From the NCBI GenBank assembly GCA_022072055.1, contig JAJVIK010000008.1, positions 141,980-205,979 of the forward strand: a stretch of DNA of 64,000 nt, in the 5' to 3' direction. This document shows, in pieces, positions 46,100 through 55,091 of the stretch. Source of the DNA: a bacterium. GTDB lineage: Bacteria > Hinthialibacterota > Hinthialibacteria > OLB16. Below the pieces are notes generated by a model that was given only the letters and a program-made list of their open reading frames with translations, had not been told where the DNA came from and made no database searches. Position numbers and translations under genes: made by a program. Every line of letters begins with the position of its first letter. The first letter of the stretch is position 1.

Positions 46100-47299
46100 A
46101 TGGAATCATCCGACCGCCGCAAAGGCTATCTCGTCACGCTTCTCGTCTTCTTTGTCACCGCCGGCCTCCTCTATCTGAGCCGGATTCTTGGCGCGGAATA
46201 CGTATGCCTGTCGATCTCGCATCCGGAGGCGGAGACTGTCTTTCCCATCGACCTGAACGAGCGGGGCGAGGTGGTTGGAACTGTCAACGGCTTGCCGGGT
46301 GTAACAGTGGCGGGCTTCTTGTGGGACCGAGACAAGGGGATGCGTTTCTTTGGGAATGACCACACTCTGTACTGGATGGATGTGAATAATCGCGGCCAGG
46401 TGTGCGGCGCGGTGAAAGACGGTTCGGGAATGTGTGGTTTCATCTGGAGCGAAACAGGAGGTTTCCGGATTCATCGTCACCCGGATTATCCGGATAACAC
46501 CTCACTCATCGCGATCAATGATGCCGGACGCGCCATCGCCTCGGCGGGACCACGTCCGGTCAATGCCACCAACACCTTGCACCTGTTTGAAATGGATGAG
46601 CATGGCGCATTCGGCCGTCTCGATCCGAATGCTCCCCCACGCATTGGATATTCCGTTAATGCCTGGCATGCAAATGGCTTGCTTGTGGGGACAGGAACCG
46701 AGATCCTGCCTGGGAACTCGGCAGGTTCACCGGCTGATACCTCCCCCGCGAGCCAGACCAAGCAGCAGAATGTGGTTCGTTACCATCTGTTCTACCGCGA
46801 ACCGGGCGATGGGTTCCAGGAAATCGCGGTGGACGCTCAAGCCGGGAGAAACTTCCACTTTGTGACAGAGGAAGGTATTGGAATGGGGAGCTTCCACGAT
46901 CAGGAAAGAACACACGGGCTTCCTTTCAAGTGGTCGGAGCAAGGGTATTTGACCGAGCTATCCGACCCCAACCCTGACCTGGACATCGTGGACCAGAATC
47001 CAAGCGGAGAGATTCTTTATCGTTCCAAGGAGTGGGTCACGAGGAGATTCGCGGGATCGGAATTGCTTGAGCGTGTGGCTGCCGCCTTTGACCCTTCTTT
47101 GAGGAGTATTCTTGTGTGGAAAGATCGGGATTATTTTGTGGAACGAAAGGGGAGGCGAATCGACCTGTCGCGGTATCTTCCTCGTGGAGGCGCGCGGGTT
47201 CGGAATTATCCATCGCAGATCAATGAACGGGGCGAAATACTCGTGATGTCCTCATTCGGTGATGAATTGCATAGGGCGTTCCTGCTTGTTCCCAAGTAA
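46100..47299 (+). CDS. HAF-family extracellular repeat protein (membrane-anchored), paralogue 1
   Basis: 399 aa. N-terminal TM. Repeated (I/V/M)N(D/E)xGxVVG units (LNERGEVVGT, VNNRGQVCGA, INDAGRAIAS, INERGEIL) with intervening FLW/FIW segments, as in the TIGR03803 HAF repeat. GC about 55%. Confidence 0.6.
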   Translation: MESSDRRKGYLVTLLVFFVTAGLLYLSRILGAEYVCLSISHPEAETVFPIDLNERGEVVGTVNGLPGVTVAGFLWDRDKGMRFFGNDHTLYWMDVNNRGQVCGAVKDGSGMCGFIWSETGGFRIHRHPDYPDNTSLIAINDAGRAIASAGPRPVNATNTLHLFEMDEHGAFGRLDPNAPPRIGYSVNAWHANGLLVGTGTEILPGNSAGSPADTSPASQTKQQNVVRYHLFYREPGDGFQEIAVDAQAGRNFHFVTEEGIGMGSFHDQERTHGLPFKWSEQGYLTELSDPNPDLDIVDQNPSGEILYRSKEWVTRRFAGSELLERVAAAFDPSLRSILVWKDRDYFVERKGRRIDLSRYLPRGGARVRNYPSQINERGEILVMSSFGDELHRAFLLVPK

Positions 47300-47305
47300 T
47301 CGGCC

Positions 47306-48538
47306 ATGACTGCCCCTAAGCGCAGAGTAGCTCTTCTGGTCCTTCTGATCTTTGTCCTTACCCTCCTTGGCCTGCTCTGGCGCGATTCCAGGCCCCCGCT
47401 TTACAGGAGAACTGGGATCGCTTCTGCGGAGGTCGGCCTCTTCGAAGTGGCGGCGCTCGGCGATGGGGGCCATGTCACCGGGGAAGCGTGGCTCAAGGAG
47501 GGCGGGCACTCGGCCTTCCTCTGGCACCGCAAGACAGGGATTCAGTTCTTCGCGCGGGGAATGAGAGTTCATCCGAACGATGTAAACAGTAGCGGGATAG
47601 TGGTGGGATGTGTGTTCCAGGAGAACGTGCTCGGCGAGAAAACGAAGAGCGCCTTCATCTGGTCGGCCACACAAGATATATGGATTCTGCCATCCCCCAC
47701 CGGAGGCTCGATTTCCTTCACCCGCGTCAATGATCGCGGTCTTGTGGCCGGGACTGTAAACGACACCAGCGCGGAGAGCCGGGTGTTCCTGTGGCGGCGC
47801 GATTCCGGTTTCCAAGACCTTGGAAATCTTGGAACCGATGCGGCTTTTCTTCATGTGTGCGACCTCAGCGAGAAGGGGGCGCTCTTGGTGGGCGGCATGA
47901 CGGGTAGTCCGGAGATTGAGAGAGAGGGGCACCGAGTGATCTATTCGACCCCACTCCCCAAAGGCTTTCCTGTATCGGGAGGGTGGGACACAGGTCTGGC
48001 TTCACATTCAGTTCTTGTGTGGGACCCCGAGTATGGAACCAGAGTGATCGGTTCGGCGGATAAAGGGGTCTGGCATCCGAGGTTACTCGCGGAGGATGGG
48101 CATGCAATGGGGACTTTTCAGAAGGCAGGCCAACCCACACTCGTCTTCGACTGGCGGCCGGAAGGTGGATTGCGCCTTGGGGGTGACAAACCCGTTCTGA
48201 TGAACTTGCACGGGGATCGGATAGACCTTCGGGCCAATTTAAGGGCTCGTATATTCGGGAACTCTCCAACGATTACGGCATGGATTGTGAGGTTTCGATT
48301 GTACAGGTGGTTTCCTTCCTTAATGACATATCGCGCGGATATATGCACAATGAAGCACCGTGGGAGAACCATGGACCTTGCCCGGCTCTTTCCCGAATCG
48401 GAGCACTGGCTACGCGGAGAGTTGTGCGGGATGAACGAGAAGGGGCAGGTGCTCCTGGCGGCCTTCAACGCCAGCCCCGGGGAGAGCCACCCCATACCGG
48501 TATTGCTGTCGCCAAGAGAAAAGGAGACCCAACCATGA
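47306..48538 (+). CDS. HAF-family extracellular repeat protein (membrane-anchored), paralogue 2
   Basis: 410 aa. N-terminal TM. Explicit H-A-F signature GGHSAFLWHRKTG. VNSSGIVVGC, KSAFIWS, VNDRGLVAGT, SRVFLWRRDSGFQDLG, MNEKGQVLLA. Confidence 0.62.
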   Translation: MTAPKRRVALLVLLIFVLTLLGLLWRDSRPPLYRRTGIASAEVGLFEVAALGDGGHVTGEAWLKEGGHSAFLWHRKTGIQFFARGMRVHPNDVNSSGIVVGCVFQENVLGEKTKSAFIWSATQDIWILPSPTGGSISFTRVNDRGLVAGTVNDTSAESRVFLWRRDSGFQDLGNLGTDAAFLHVCDLSEKGALLVGGMTGSPEIEREGHRVIYSTPLPKGFPVSGGWDTGLASHSVLVWDPEYGTRVIGSADKGVWHPRLLAEDGHAMGTFQKAGQPTLVFDWRPEGGLRLGGDKPVLMNLHGDRIDLRANLRARIFGNSPTITAWIVRFRLYRWFPSLMTYRADICTMKHRGRTMDLARLFPESEHWLRGELCGMNEKGQVLLAAFNASPGESHPIPVLLSPREKETQP

Positions 48539-50184
48539 GACCCGCGTGCTATCTTGTTCCCATTCTTGCCATCTTCACCCTCGAGGCACAAGCCATGACC
48601 CTCCATGCCCCCAAGAACGGTGTCATCGAACTCACTTTCCACTCCACCGGCGAATACGCCGACCCGTATAACCAGGTCGATCTGGATGTCGATTTCGCCG
48701 CCCCGGATGGGTCCTCATTCCGGGTCCCCGGGTTCTGGAATGGAGGCCATGTCTGGAAGGTTCGTTTTTCCGGCGAGAAGGTCGGCGAGTGCACTTTCAA
48801 GACTGTCTGCTCGGATGCGGGAGACAGCGGCCTGCATGAGCAGACCGGGACCATCACGGTGTATGAAGGGACCGCGACCAATGACCTTCAGCGGCATGGA
48901 AGGATTCGGGTCTCCGAAAACAAGCGTCACTTTGTGCATGCCGATGGGACTCCGTTTCTGTGGGTCGGCGACACCTGGTGGATGGGACTCACCACACGGC
49001 TCGCCTGGCCACAAGGATTCAAGACCCTCGCCATGGATCGCGTGGCCAAGGGGTTTTCCGTGATCCAGATCATCGCGGGTCCGCTGCCGGACATGGATGC
49101 CTGGGATCCGCGCGGGAAAAACGAGGCCGGTTATCCCTTCGAGGCCGATTTCGCGCGCATCAACACCGCCTACCATGACCATGCGGACCTTAAGATCGGC
49201 GGTCTGGTCGAAGCCGGGCTGGTCCCCTGCATTGTCGGGATGTGGGGCTATTACCTGCCGCAAATCGGAGTGGACAAGATCAAGCGCTACTGGCGCTATC
49301 TTGTGGCGCGCTATGGGGCTTACCCCGTGGTGTGGTGCGTCGCGGGCGAGGGGACCATGGCCTATTACCTCTCGAAAACCCCCAAGGAGGACAGCGAGAC
49401 GCAAAAGCAGGGTTGGACCGAGGTCATGCGTTCGGTGCGCGAGACCGATGGCTACCACAATCTGATCGGGATTCACCCCACCCGCTATGGGCGCGAGATG
49501 GTGGAGGATGACTCGCTCATGGATTTCGAGATGCTTCAAACCGGGCACGGCGACATGGAGAGCCTGGCGACTATCCAGGAGAGCCTGGTCCACTCCCTTG
49601 CCAAGGAGCCGAGGATGCCGGTGGTCAATTCGGAGGTGAACTACGAGGGCATCCTCGGTCGCAGTTGGCAGAATGTGCAGCGCTGGTGCTATTGGCTCAG
49701 CATGCTGAATGGCGCGGCGGGACACACCTATGGGGCCAACGGCATCTGGCAGATGAGCACAGTCGAGCAGCCCTACGGGCTCTCGCCGCACGGACGCTCC
49801 TGGGGCAACACGCCTTGGACCGAGGCGTATCAGCTCCCCGGCTCACGTCAGGTTGGGCTTGGCGCGAAGCTGCTCAGGCGTTACCCCTGGTGGGAGATGG
49901 AGGTGCATCCGGAGTGGGTGGACCCCGCCGGGCCGGACGCGGTGTGGCGTTTTGCGGGGATGGGGATACCAGGCAAGCTGCGGATCTTCTTTGTCGGACA
50001 TGTGTGGGACCCGCCGACCGTTCTTGCGCTGGAGCCGGGAGTCGCCTACCGCGCGTTCTATTTTGATCCGACCAACGGCAACGAAATCGATCTGGGCGAG
50101 GCGAAAGGCGACGCCGAGGGCAAATGGCGCCCGATCCACCCGCCCGAATCGCACGATTGGGTGTTGGTGATGGAGGTACAGTAA
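48535..50184 (+). CDS. DUF5060 + DUF4038 domain putative glycoside hydrolase (GH140-like)
   Basis: Start ATG 48535 overlaps the stop of the preceding gene (ATGA) with AAGGAG RBS. Signal peptide MRPACYLVPILAIFTLEAQA. N-terminal Ig-like DUF5060-type region, then a TIM-barrel-like DUF4038 region (HFVHADGTPFLWVGDTWW, VVWCVAGEG, GHTYGANGIWQM). Confidence 0.65.
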   Translation: MRPACYLVPILAIFTLEAQAMTLHAPKNGVIELTFHSTGEYADPYNQVDLDVDFAAPDGSSFRVPGFWNGGHVWKVRFSGEKVGECTFKTVCSDAGDSGLHEQTGTITVYEGTATNDLQRHGRIRVSENKRHFVHADGTPFLWVGDTWWMGLTTRLAWPQGFKTLAMDRVAKGFSVIQIIAGPLPDMDAWDPRGKNEAGYPFEADFARINTAYHDHADLKIGGLVEAGLVPCIVGMWGYYLPQIGVDKIKRYWRYLVARYGAYPVVWCVAGEGTMAYYLSKTPKEDSETQKQGWTEVMRSVRETDGYHNLIGIHPTRYGREMVEDDSLMDFEMLQTGHGDMESLATIQESLVHSLAKEPRMPVVNSEVNYEGILGRSWQNVQRWCYWLSMLNGAAGHTYGANGIWQMSTVEQPYGLSPHGRSWGNTPWTEAYQLPGSRQVGLGAKLLRRYPWWEMEVHPEWVDPAGPDAVWRFAGMGIPGKLRIFFVGHVWDPPTVLALEPGVAYRAFYFDPTNGNEIDLGEAKGDAEGKWRPIHPPESHDWVLVMEVQ

Positions 50185-50276
50185 CCGAGCCGCGACCGTA
50201 AGGGAGCGGTCCTGTGGTCAAGCGCTTGCCGACCACCGCAACCGTTCCGAGCCGCGGCAGTGATTCGGATGGGCGG

Positions 50277-52154
50277 TCAGTTTCCCCCCAGCCGGAAGGG
50301 CGGCAGCACCGGGACCGCGTTCTTGGCGTCGCCGAGAGGGGTGACACGCAGCGCGGTGCGGCAGCGGTCGGCGAGGTAAAGGATCAGTTCGCGGTCGAAA
50401 AGGGTTCCATCGCCGTTCTCATCCCCCTTCCCGGAAAGGGCATCGGGGAGATTGCCGACGAGTTCAGGGTATGCGCCTTCCCGGGAGAGCACGAGCAACC
50501 CGACGCCCATCGCGGTTCGCTTGTACTTGCCCTCCACCTTGGTGAGCTGTTCGGTGATGCCGGAGAGGATCGAGAGCGCGGTGTCATCCTTCATGTTGGG
50601 TCCCACGCGCAGATCGAGGAACCACAGGGTGGGCGCGATGGCGTTCGAGGTCTCAACCGCCTTGATCCATTCGCCGAGCGGAACCTCCTCGCCCTTGGGT
50701 CCATAGGCGATTGAAGCTTCGCCCCCTTCCTTAGTGGCGCCGAGCACCCCGGCGGCGTACATCACGCTGAAATCTTTCGGGGTGAGGACCTTGTTCAGGT
50801 TCCCGAAGTTCGAGCGCAAGACCGCCGCGGAAAGGGATTCATACGGGAGCACCAGTTGAAGGGGCGAATAGCGGCCCTCATCCATTCCTCCAGCCCAGAC
50901 TTGAATCCAATCCTGTCCATCCGCGGAGGATGCGCTCGGGGCAACCCAAAGCAGAAGGTTTCCATGGTCCTCCGAGGTGGGAGGGGGCGCGGGCGGTTGC
51001 GCGACGCCTTCCGAGGTGGCCGCTTTCACCGAGGGGACCGCCGGGGCCTGTGTCCCCAGATCGACCGAGCCGCTCCCCACGATGGTCCAGGGCGCGGCGG
51101 GCATCTCAGTCACCGGCGGAGGCGCGGAGGAGACAATCGGGTATAGCAGGATCTTCTCTCCACCCACCGCCATGTAACGACCGGTGGGATCCACCGCAAG
51201 CGCGAGGGCGTTGCCCGGTCCGACATCGAAACTCTCGAGCGGTTGACCGGTCGAATCCGGGTTCCAGCGTGACACCCTCCCCTCGCTGCTGAGGGTGACT
51301 AAGCTGGAATCATTGAGGACCGCGAGGCCTCGGACCCCTCCATCCGGAAGGTTGAACACGGATTTCCAGGCCCACAACCCATCGGGAGTGGCGTAGAACA
51401 CCATGACCACCCCCTCCGAATCGCCCGCGGCCAGGAAACGCGAGTCCGGGCTGAAGGCGACCGCCTCCACGGAGCCTTTGAACTGTTGACTTCCGAGCAG
51501 GCTGCCCTTCCCGGAATCATCCATCGGCCAGACCAGGACACGGGCATTCGAGGCCCCAATCGCCCCGAAGCGTCCATTGGGCGAAAGGTCCACGCACCGG
51601 CAGGGGGCCTCCAGGCCCTCAAGCGATGGAATCCGTTCGCGCTGCCAGGTCCCGACCACGAAGCGATAGATCTCGTTGGGATCCGCGCCGCCCACATAGA
51701 GAAGGTCCCCCACAGGATCAAACTCGAGCGAGGCCACCTCAGACTGCAGTCCCCGTTCGGCGTAGAGCGCGCTCCATTCGGTCCCCTTGGTGGAAAGGAC
51801 CACGAACCGTAGATCATCTTTTTCGGTGGGGCGCGCCAGGGACAGTCCGAAGTAATCCCCCTGCGGACTGAATGCCAGGGCATAGGGTTCGGTGTCGGTC
51901 TTGACCACGCGAATCTCGGAGAGGTCGGGGACATTCAGAAACACAACCCGGCCCTTGTCCTCGGTCTTCGTGAGCGAGGCAGCGAGGCGCGTGCCGGAGG
52001 GATCGAAGACAAGCCTTGGATTTCCTCGCGCCGACAGGGTGAGATCCGCGCTTGCGGTGGGAGCGTAGTTCTGGGCCTGGACCGTTCCCGACAGGAGCAG
52101 TCCGCAGAGCACGAGTATCCGAGACAGTGAGGGGCCGACCCATCTCTCTTTCAT
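50277..52154 (-). CDS. secreted WD40/beta-propeller repeat protein with C-terminal domain containing a canonical EF-hand loop
   Basis: Signal peptide MKERWVGPSLSRILVLCGLLLSGTVQAQ. The six-frame ORF starts 11 codons earlier, at 52187. About 330 aa of WD40-like blades (AFSPQGDYF, AFSPDSRFLAAGDSEGVVMVF). C-terminal ~250 aa of unknown fold ending with DENGDGTLFDRE (DxNxDGxLxxxE EF-hand consensus). Confidence 0.55.
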   Translation of the reverse strand: MKERWVGPSLSRILVLCGLLLSGTVQAQNYAPTASADLTLSARGNPRLVFDPSGTRLAASLTKTEDKGRVVFLNVPDLSEIRVVKTDTEPYALAFSPQGDYFGLSLARPTEKDDLRFVVLSTKGTEWSALYAERGLQSEVASLEFDPVGDLLYVGGADPNEIYRFVVGTWQRERIPSLEGLEAPCRCVDLSPNGRFGAIGASNARVLVWPMDDSGKGSLLGSQQFKGSVEAVAFSPDSRFLAAGDSEGVVMVFYATPDGLWAWKSVFNLPDGGVRGLAVLNDSSLVTLSSEGRVSRWNPDSTGQPLESFDVGPGNALALAVDPTGRYMAVGGEKILLYPIVSSAPPPVTEMPAAPWTIVGSGSVDLGTQAPAVPSVKAATSEGVAQPPAPPPTSEDHGNLLLWVAPSASSADGQDWIQVWAGGMDEGRYSPLQLVLPYESLSAAVLRSNFGNLNKVLTPKDFSVMYAAGVLGATKEGGEASIAYGPKGEEVPLGEWIKAVETSNAIAPTLWFLDLRVGPNMKDDTALSILSGITEQLTKVEGKYKRTAMGVGLLVLSREGAYPELVGNLPDALSGKGDENGDGTLFDRELILYLADRCRTALRVTPLGDAKNAVPVLPPFRLGGN

Positions 52155-52220
52155 GGTGAGAGCTCCTTGAGTTTCAGAATTCAACACAGGTTATATCACT
52201 TTATCCGGGGGAGCGGAATT

Positions 52221-53012
52221 TCATTGGGAGGTGGCGCGGAGCAGCACGGCGCTCCCGATCCCCAGCCCCGAAACCTGGGCCGCGCTCCCCCGATTGATGG
52301 AAAGCTCGATTCTCCGGAACCCACCGACCACCGCGCAGCGTTCTCCCGGCGCGGTGTCCGCGTAAGTCCCGCGAAAGGGCCACTCCGCTCCATCCGGAGT
52401 CAGCGCCGCCCACGTTTCCCCGTCCCGAAGAAGCTCCGGCGGAAAGTTGGTCACCAGGTTTCCGAATCGGTCCACATAGACAATTTGCCCCACAAGCCCC
52501 GCGCTTGTATGGGTTGGCGGAGGAGCCTCCCGGCGGATCGGGTCAGAAATCAAGGGACCAATCTGCTCGAATGGGGTTCCGGTCGCCAAGGCCGCCGCCA
52601 CCGGCGCGAAGATGTCGCGTCCATGGAAGGTCTTCGAAACCTCGGCCAGCCACAGTTTCGCGTTTTCGATGGATCGAATCTCGGAATCGACATCCAGAGC
52701 GCCCGAAAGGATTCCGTTGTCCGGACCGATGAAGAACCGAGCATGCGAGCGGACTCCCAGTCCCCGGCGACTCGAACCGACTCCCGGATCCACGACCGCG
52801 AGGAAGAGAGAGCGCTCGGGGAAGTAGCTCCAGGAGGTTTCCAGGAGAAACGCCGCTGAGGGGATGTCTTGGGCCGGGATTTCGTGGCTCAGATCGATCA
52901 CGGGAACTCCCGGCGCGATCCCCGCGATCACTCCTTTCATCACGCCGACATAACCATCCTGGAGACCGAAATCGGTGAGCAGGACAATCGGCGGATGGGC
53001 GGTGTCACTCAT
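52221..53012 (-). CDS. SAM hydroxide adenosyltransferase family protein (DUF62; fluorinase/chlorinase-like)
   Basis: Start at MSDTAHPPIVLLTDFGLQDGYVGVMKGVI (DUF62 N-terminal signature). The six-frame ORF extends 37 codons upstream into the rnd gene. FGNLVTN and C-terminal beta domain conserved. Confidence 0.78.
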   Translation of the reverse strand: MSDTAHPPIVLLTDFGLQDGYVGVMKGVIAGIAPGVPVIDLSHEIPAQDIPSAAFLLETSWSYFPERSLFLAVVDPGVGSSRRGLGVRSHARFFIGPDNGILSGALDVDSEIRSIENAKLWLAEVSKTFHGRDIFAPVAAALATGTPFEQIGPLISDPIRREAPPPTHTSAGLVGQIVYVDRFGNLVTNFPPELLRDGETWAALTPDGAEWPFRGTYADTAPGERCAVVGGFRRIELSINRGSAAQVSGLGIGSAVLLRATSQ

Positions 53013-54180
53013 GCACATCCTCAAGCAGAAGAGTCCCTTTGCGAGGATCGACTCGGAGCGAGAGCTTGCCTTCAAGAACCGCGAGCAGTTTGAATCCGGC
53101 GAGTTCCCCGCGCCACCCCGCAAGCAGCGGGAGCCCGTTCAGGTTCCCGGTCCGGAACCCGATCACCAGATCGCGCAGTTCCTGACTGGTGGCGATCATG
53201 GCGGGAGCGACACGCGCTTCCTCGGCTTGAATTTGGAGAACCGCGCCGAGAAGGCGAAACAGTCCGTCATCTTCCTCTTCCGAACGCGGCTTGGAGGAGG
53301 AGCTCCGTTCCACCGGGTCGGACTTGGCGCGCTCCAGCCCCTCACGGGCGGCTCGGAGAATCTCTGTCCCGCAGCGACTGATCTCGTTGGCGTGCAGCCC
53401 TCGCTGACGGCGCAATTCGTCCATCGATCTCGGCGCCGATTTGGCGATGGAAAGCAAAACATGATCACCGACCACGCGACCGGGAGGCTGGTTCCGCGAT
53501 TGCGCCTCGCGCTCTCGCCATTCGGCCAGGGACCGCAGAACCGAAAGCGATTCCGGGTCCAGCCCGCTGCGTCCCTTGATCTTCAAATAACAGAGTTCCG
53601 GGGGATGACGGTGGAAGGTTTCCGGTTCGGAAAGGTGGCTGCATTCCTCATGGACCCAATGCTCGCGCCCCGCGCCGGAAAGCCTTTTTCCAAGCGCCTT
53701 GCGGAGCTCGGGAAGATGCTCCACATCGGCGTGAGCATAGCGGACTTGGTCCGCGTGCAACGGGCGGCGGCTCCAGTCCGAGAAGGTCTCTCCCTTGGGA
53801 ACCTTCTTTCCAAGGAGCTCATACACCAGCCGTCCGTATCCGCACTGGGAGCCGAAGCCCAACAGCGAGGCCGCAATCTGGGTGTCGAAGATGGGTTTGG
53901 GGAGACATCCGGACTCTTGCAGGATGAGCTCCATGTCCTGACTTCCGGAATGAACAATCTTCTCGGCCGCCGGGTCGGCCAGGAACTCCCAGAGCGGGGC
54001 GAGATTCTCAACAACCTGGCAGTCAATCACCGCGATTTCGCCCTCGGCGATGATCTGAAAGATTTCGAGACGAGGATAGTAAGTTCGCTCCCGAACAAAC
54101 TCCGTGTCAAAACCGATCTGCAAAACGCCGCGATGACGGTTGCGGAATTCCTCAAGTTGTCTTGTGTCCTCAATCAGCAT
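53005..54180 (-). CDS. rnd: ribonuclease D (DEDDy 3'-5' exonuclease + HRDC domain)
   Basis: 391 aa. Exo motifs QIGFDTEF (Exo I), HSGSQDMELI (Exo II), YAHADVEHL (Exo III, Tyr). C-terminal HRDC-like repeats. Confidence 0.85.
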   Translation of the reverse strand: MLIEDTRQLEEFRNRHRGVLQIGFDTEFVRERTYYPRLEIFQIIAEGEIAVIDCQVVENLAPLWEFLADPAAEKIVHSGSQDMELILQESGCLPKPIFDTQIAASLLGFGSQCGYGRLVYELLGKKVPKGETFSDWSRRPLHADQVRYAHADVEHLPELRKALGKRLSGAGREHWVHEECSHLSEPETFHRHPPELCYLKIKGRSGLDPESLSVLRSLAEWREREAQSRNQPPGRVVGDHVLLSIAKSAPRSMDELRRQRGLHANEISRCGTEILRAAREGLERAKSDPVERSSSSKPRSEEEDDGLFRLLGAVLQIQAEEARVAPAMIATSQELRDLVIGFRTGNLNGLPLLAGWRGELAGFKLLAVLEGKLSLRVDPRKGTLLLEDVHE

Positions 54181-54439
54181 GCGTGTCCAAGTTATTCACG
54201 GGATTTGAATCAAGATTCTTGGCAGACTCTCGGAAGAGTATGAAACGTCGCCGAGGAGAGGGGAAGCCCTGGCAGCTCGCGGTGAAACGAGCATGGCCGA
54301 GCAGGTATCGTTGTTTGAGATGAACGAAGGCATAGTTACATTTCGCTGAAGTGTGTTTGCATACAAAGGGTTGAGCTTGAAGGGGTCTGCATGGAGCATT
54401 ATCATTCCAACAATCCTATCAGAAAGGAAGAAGTGATTT

Positions 54440-54985
54440 ATGGCTCGTCGAGGTCGCAAAAGAAAAGCTTCTATTCAAGGGCTCACACTCCTTGATGTGA
54501 AGAAGCTGTATGAGGAACTAACCAACAAAGAGCGCCGGCGCTTGCCGGGGCTGAAGAAGAGGCAAGAGGGTCTTGCCAGAGAGCTGGCGGAAGTCACGGC
54601 GGAGATTGAGGCCATTGAGGGCTTCGGACCCGCGCGCGCCGCGCGTGGGGGACGGCGTGGTCGCCCGGCGAAGGCTGCGGGCCGTCGCAAGGCGGGTCGT
54701 CCCGCCAAGGCGGCCAAAGCAGCCAGAGCGGCCACAAGAGGGCCGAAGCGGAGACGCGCGGCGCGCGGCGGTCGCGGAGTGACCCTGCGCGAGGCTATCG
54801 GCGGTGTCCTCTCCGGCGCGTCCGAGCCGATGGGGCCGCGTCAGATCGAACAGGCCCTGCTTGGCTCAAAGTCTTTCCCCGATCCACCCAAGACTCTGCT
54901 CCAGCAGATCACCGCCACGCTTGGCCGGAATCCGGAGTTCAAGCGCATTGGGCGCGGGCAGTACAAGCTCCGCGGAAGAGGCTGA
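54440..54985 (+). CDS. basic DNA-binding protein: coiled-coil N-terminus, AT-hook (RGRP/GRPAKA) repeats and C-terminal HARE-HTH-like winged helix
   Basis: 181 aa, highly basic. GRRGRPAKAAGRRKAGRPAKAAKAARAA AT-hook-like repeats. C-terminal VTLREAIGGVLSGASEPMGPRQIEQALLG...LLQQITATLGRNPEFKRIGRGQYKLR fits the HARE-HTH pattern. AAGGAAG RBS. Preceded by an AT-richer ~240-bp region. Confidence 0.55.
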   Translation: MARRGRKRKASIQGLTLLDVKKLYEELTNKERRRLPGLKKRQEGLARELAEVTAEIEAIEGFGPARAARGGRRGRPAKAAGRRKAGRPAKAAKAARAATRGPKRRRAARGGRGVTLREAIGGVLSGASEPMGPRQIEQALLGSKSFPDPPKTLLQQITATLGRNPEFKRIGRGQYKLRGRG

Positions 54986-55091
54986 TCGACTCGGGGCGGG
55001 CAGGGGCAAGCCAGGTCCGGCCCCTGCCCGCTGGAGCGGATCCCCGGTTTGTTTCTACACATCCCACCCCTGATATCGTATCCTTCCCCTC

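Noticed and set aside
48715-49791. 358-aa minus-strand ORF antisense to the DUF4038 glycosidase gene
   Set aside because: Artefactual high-GC antisense frame.
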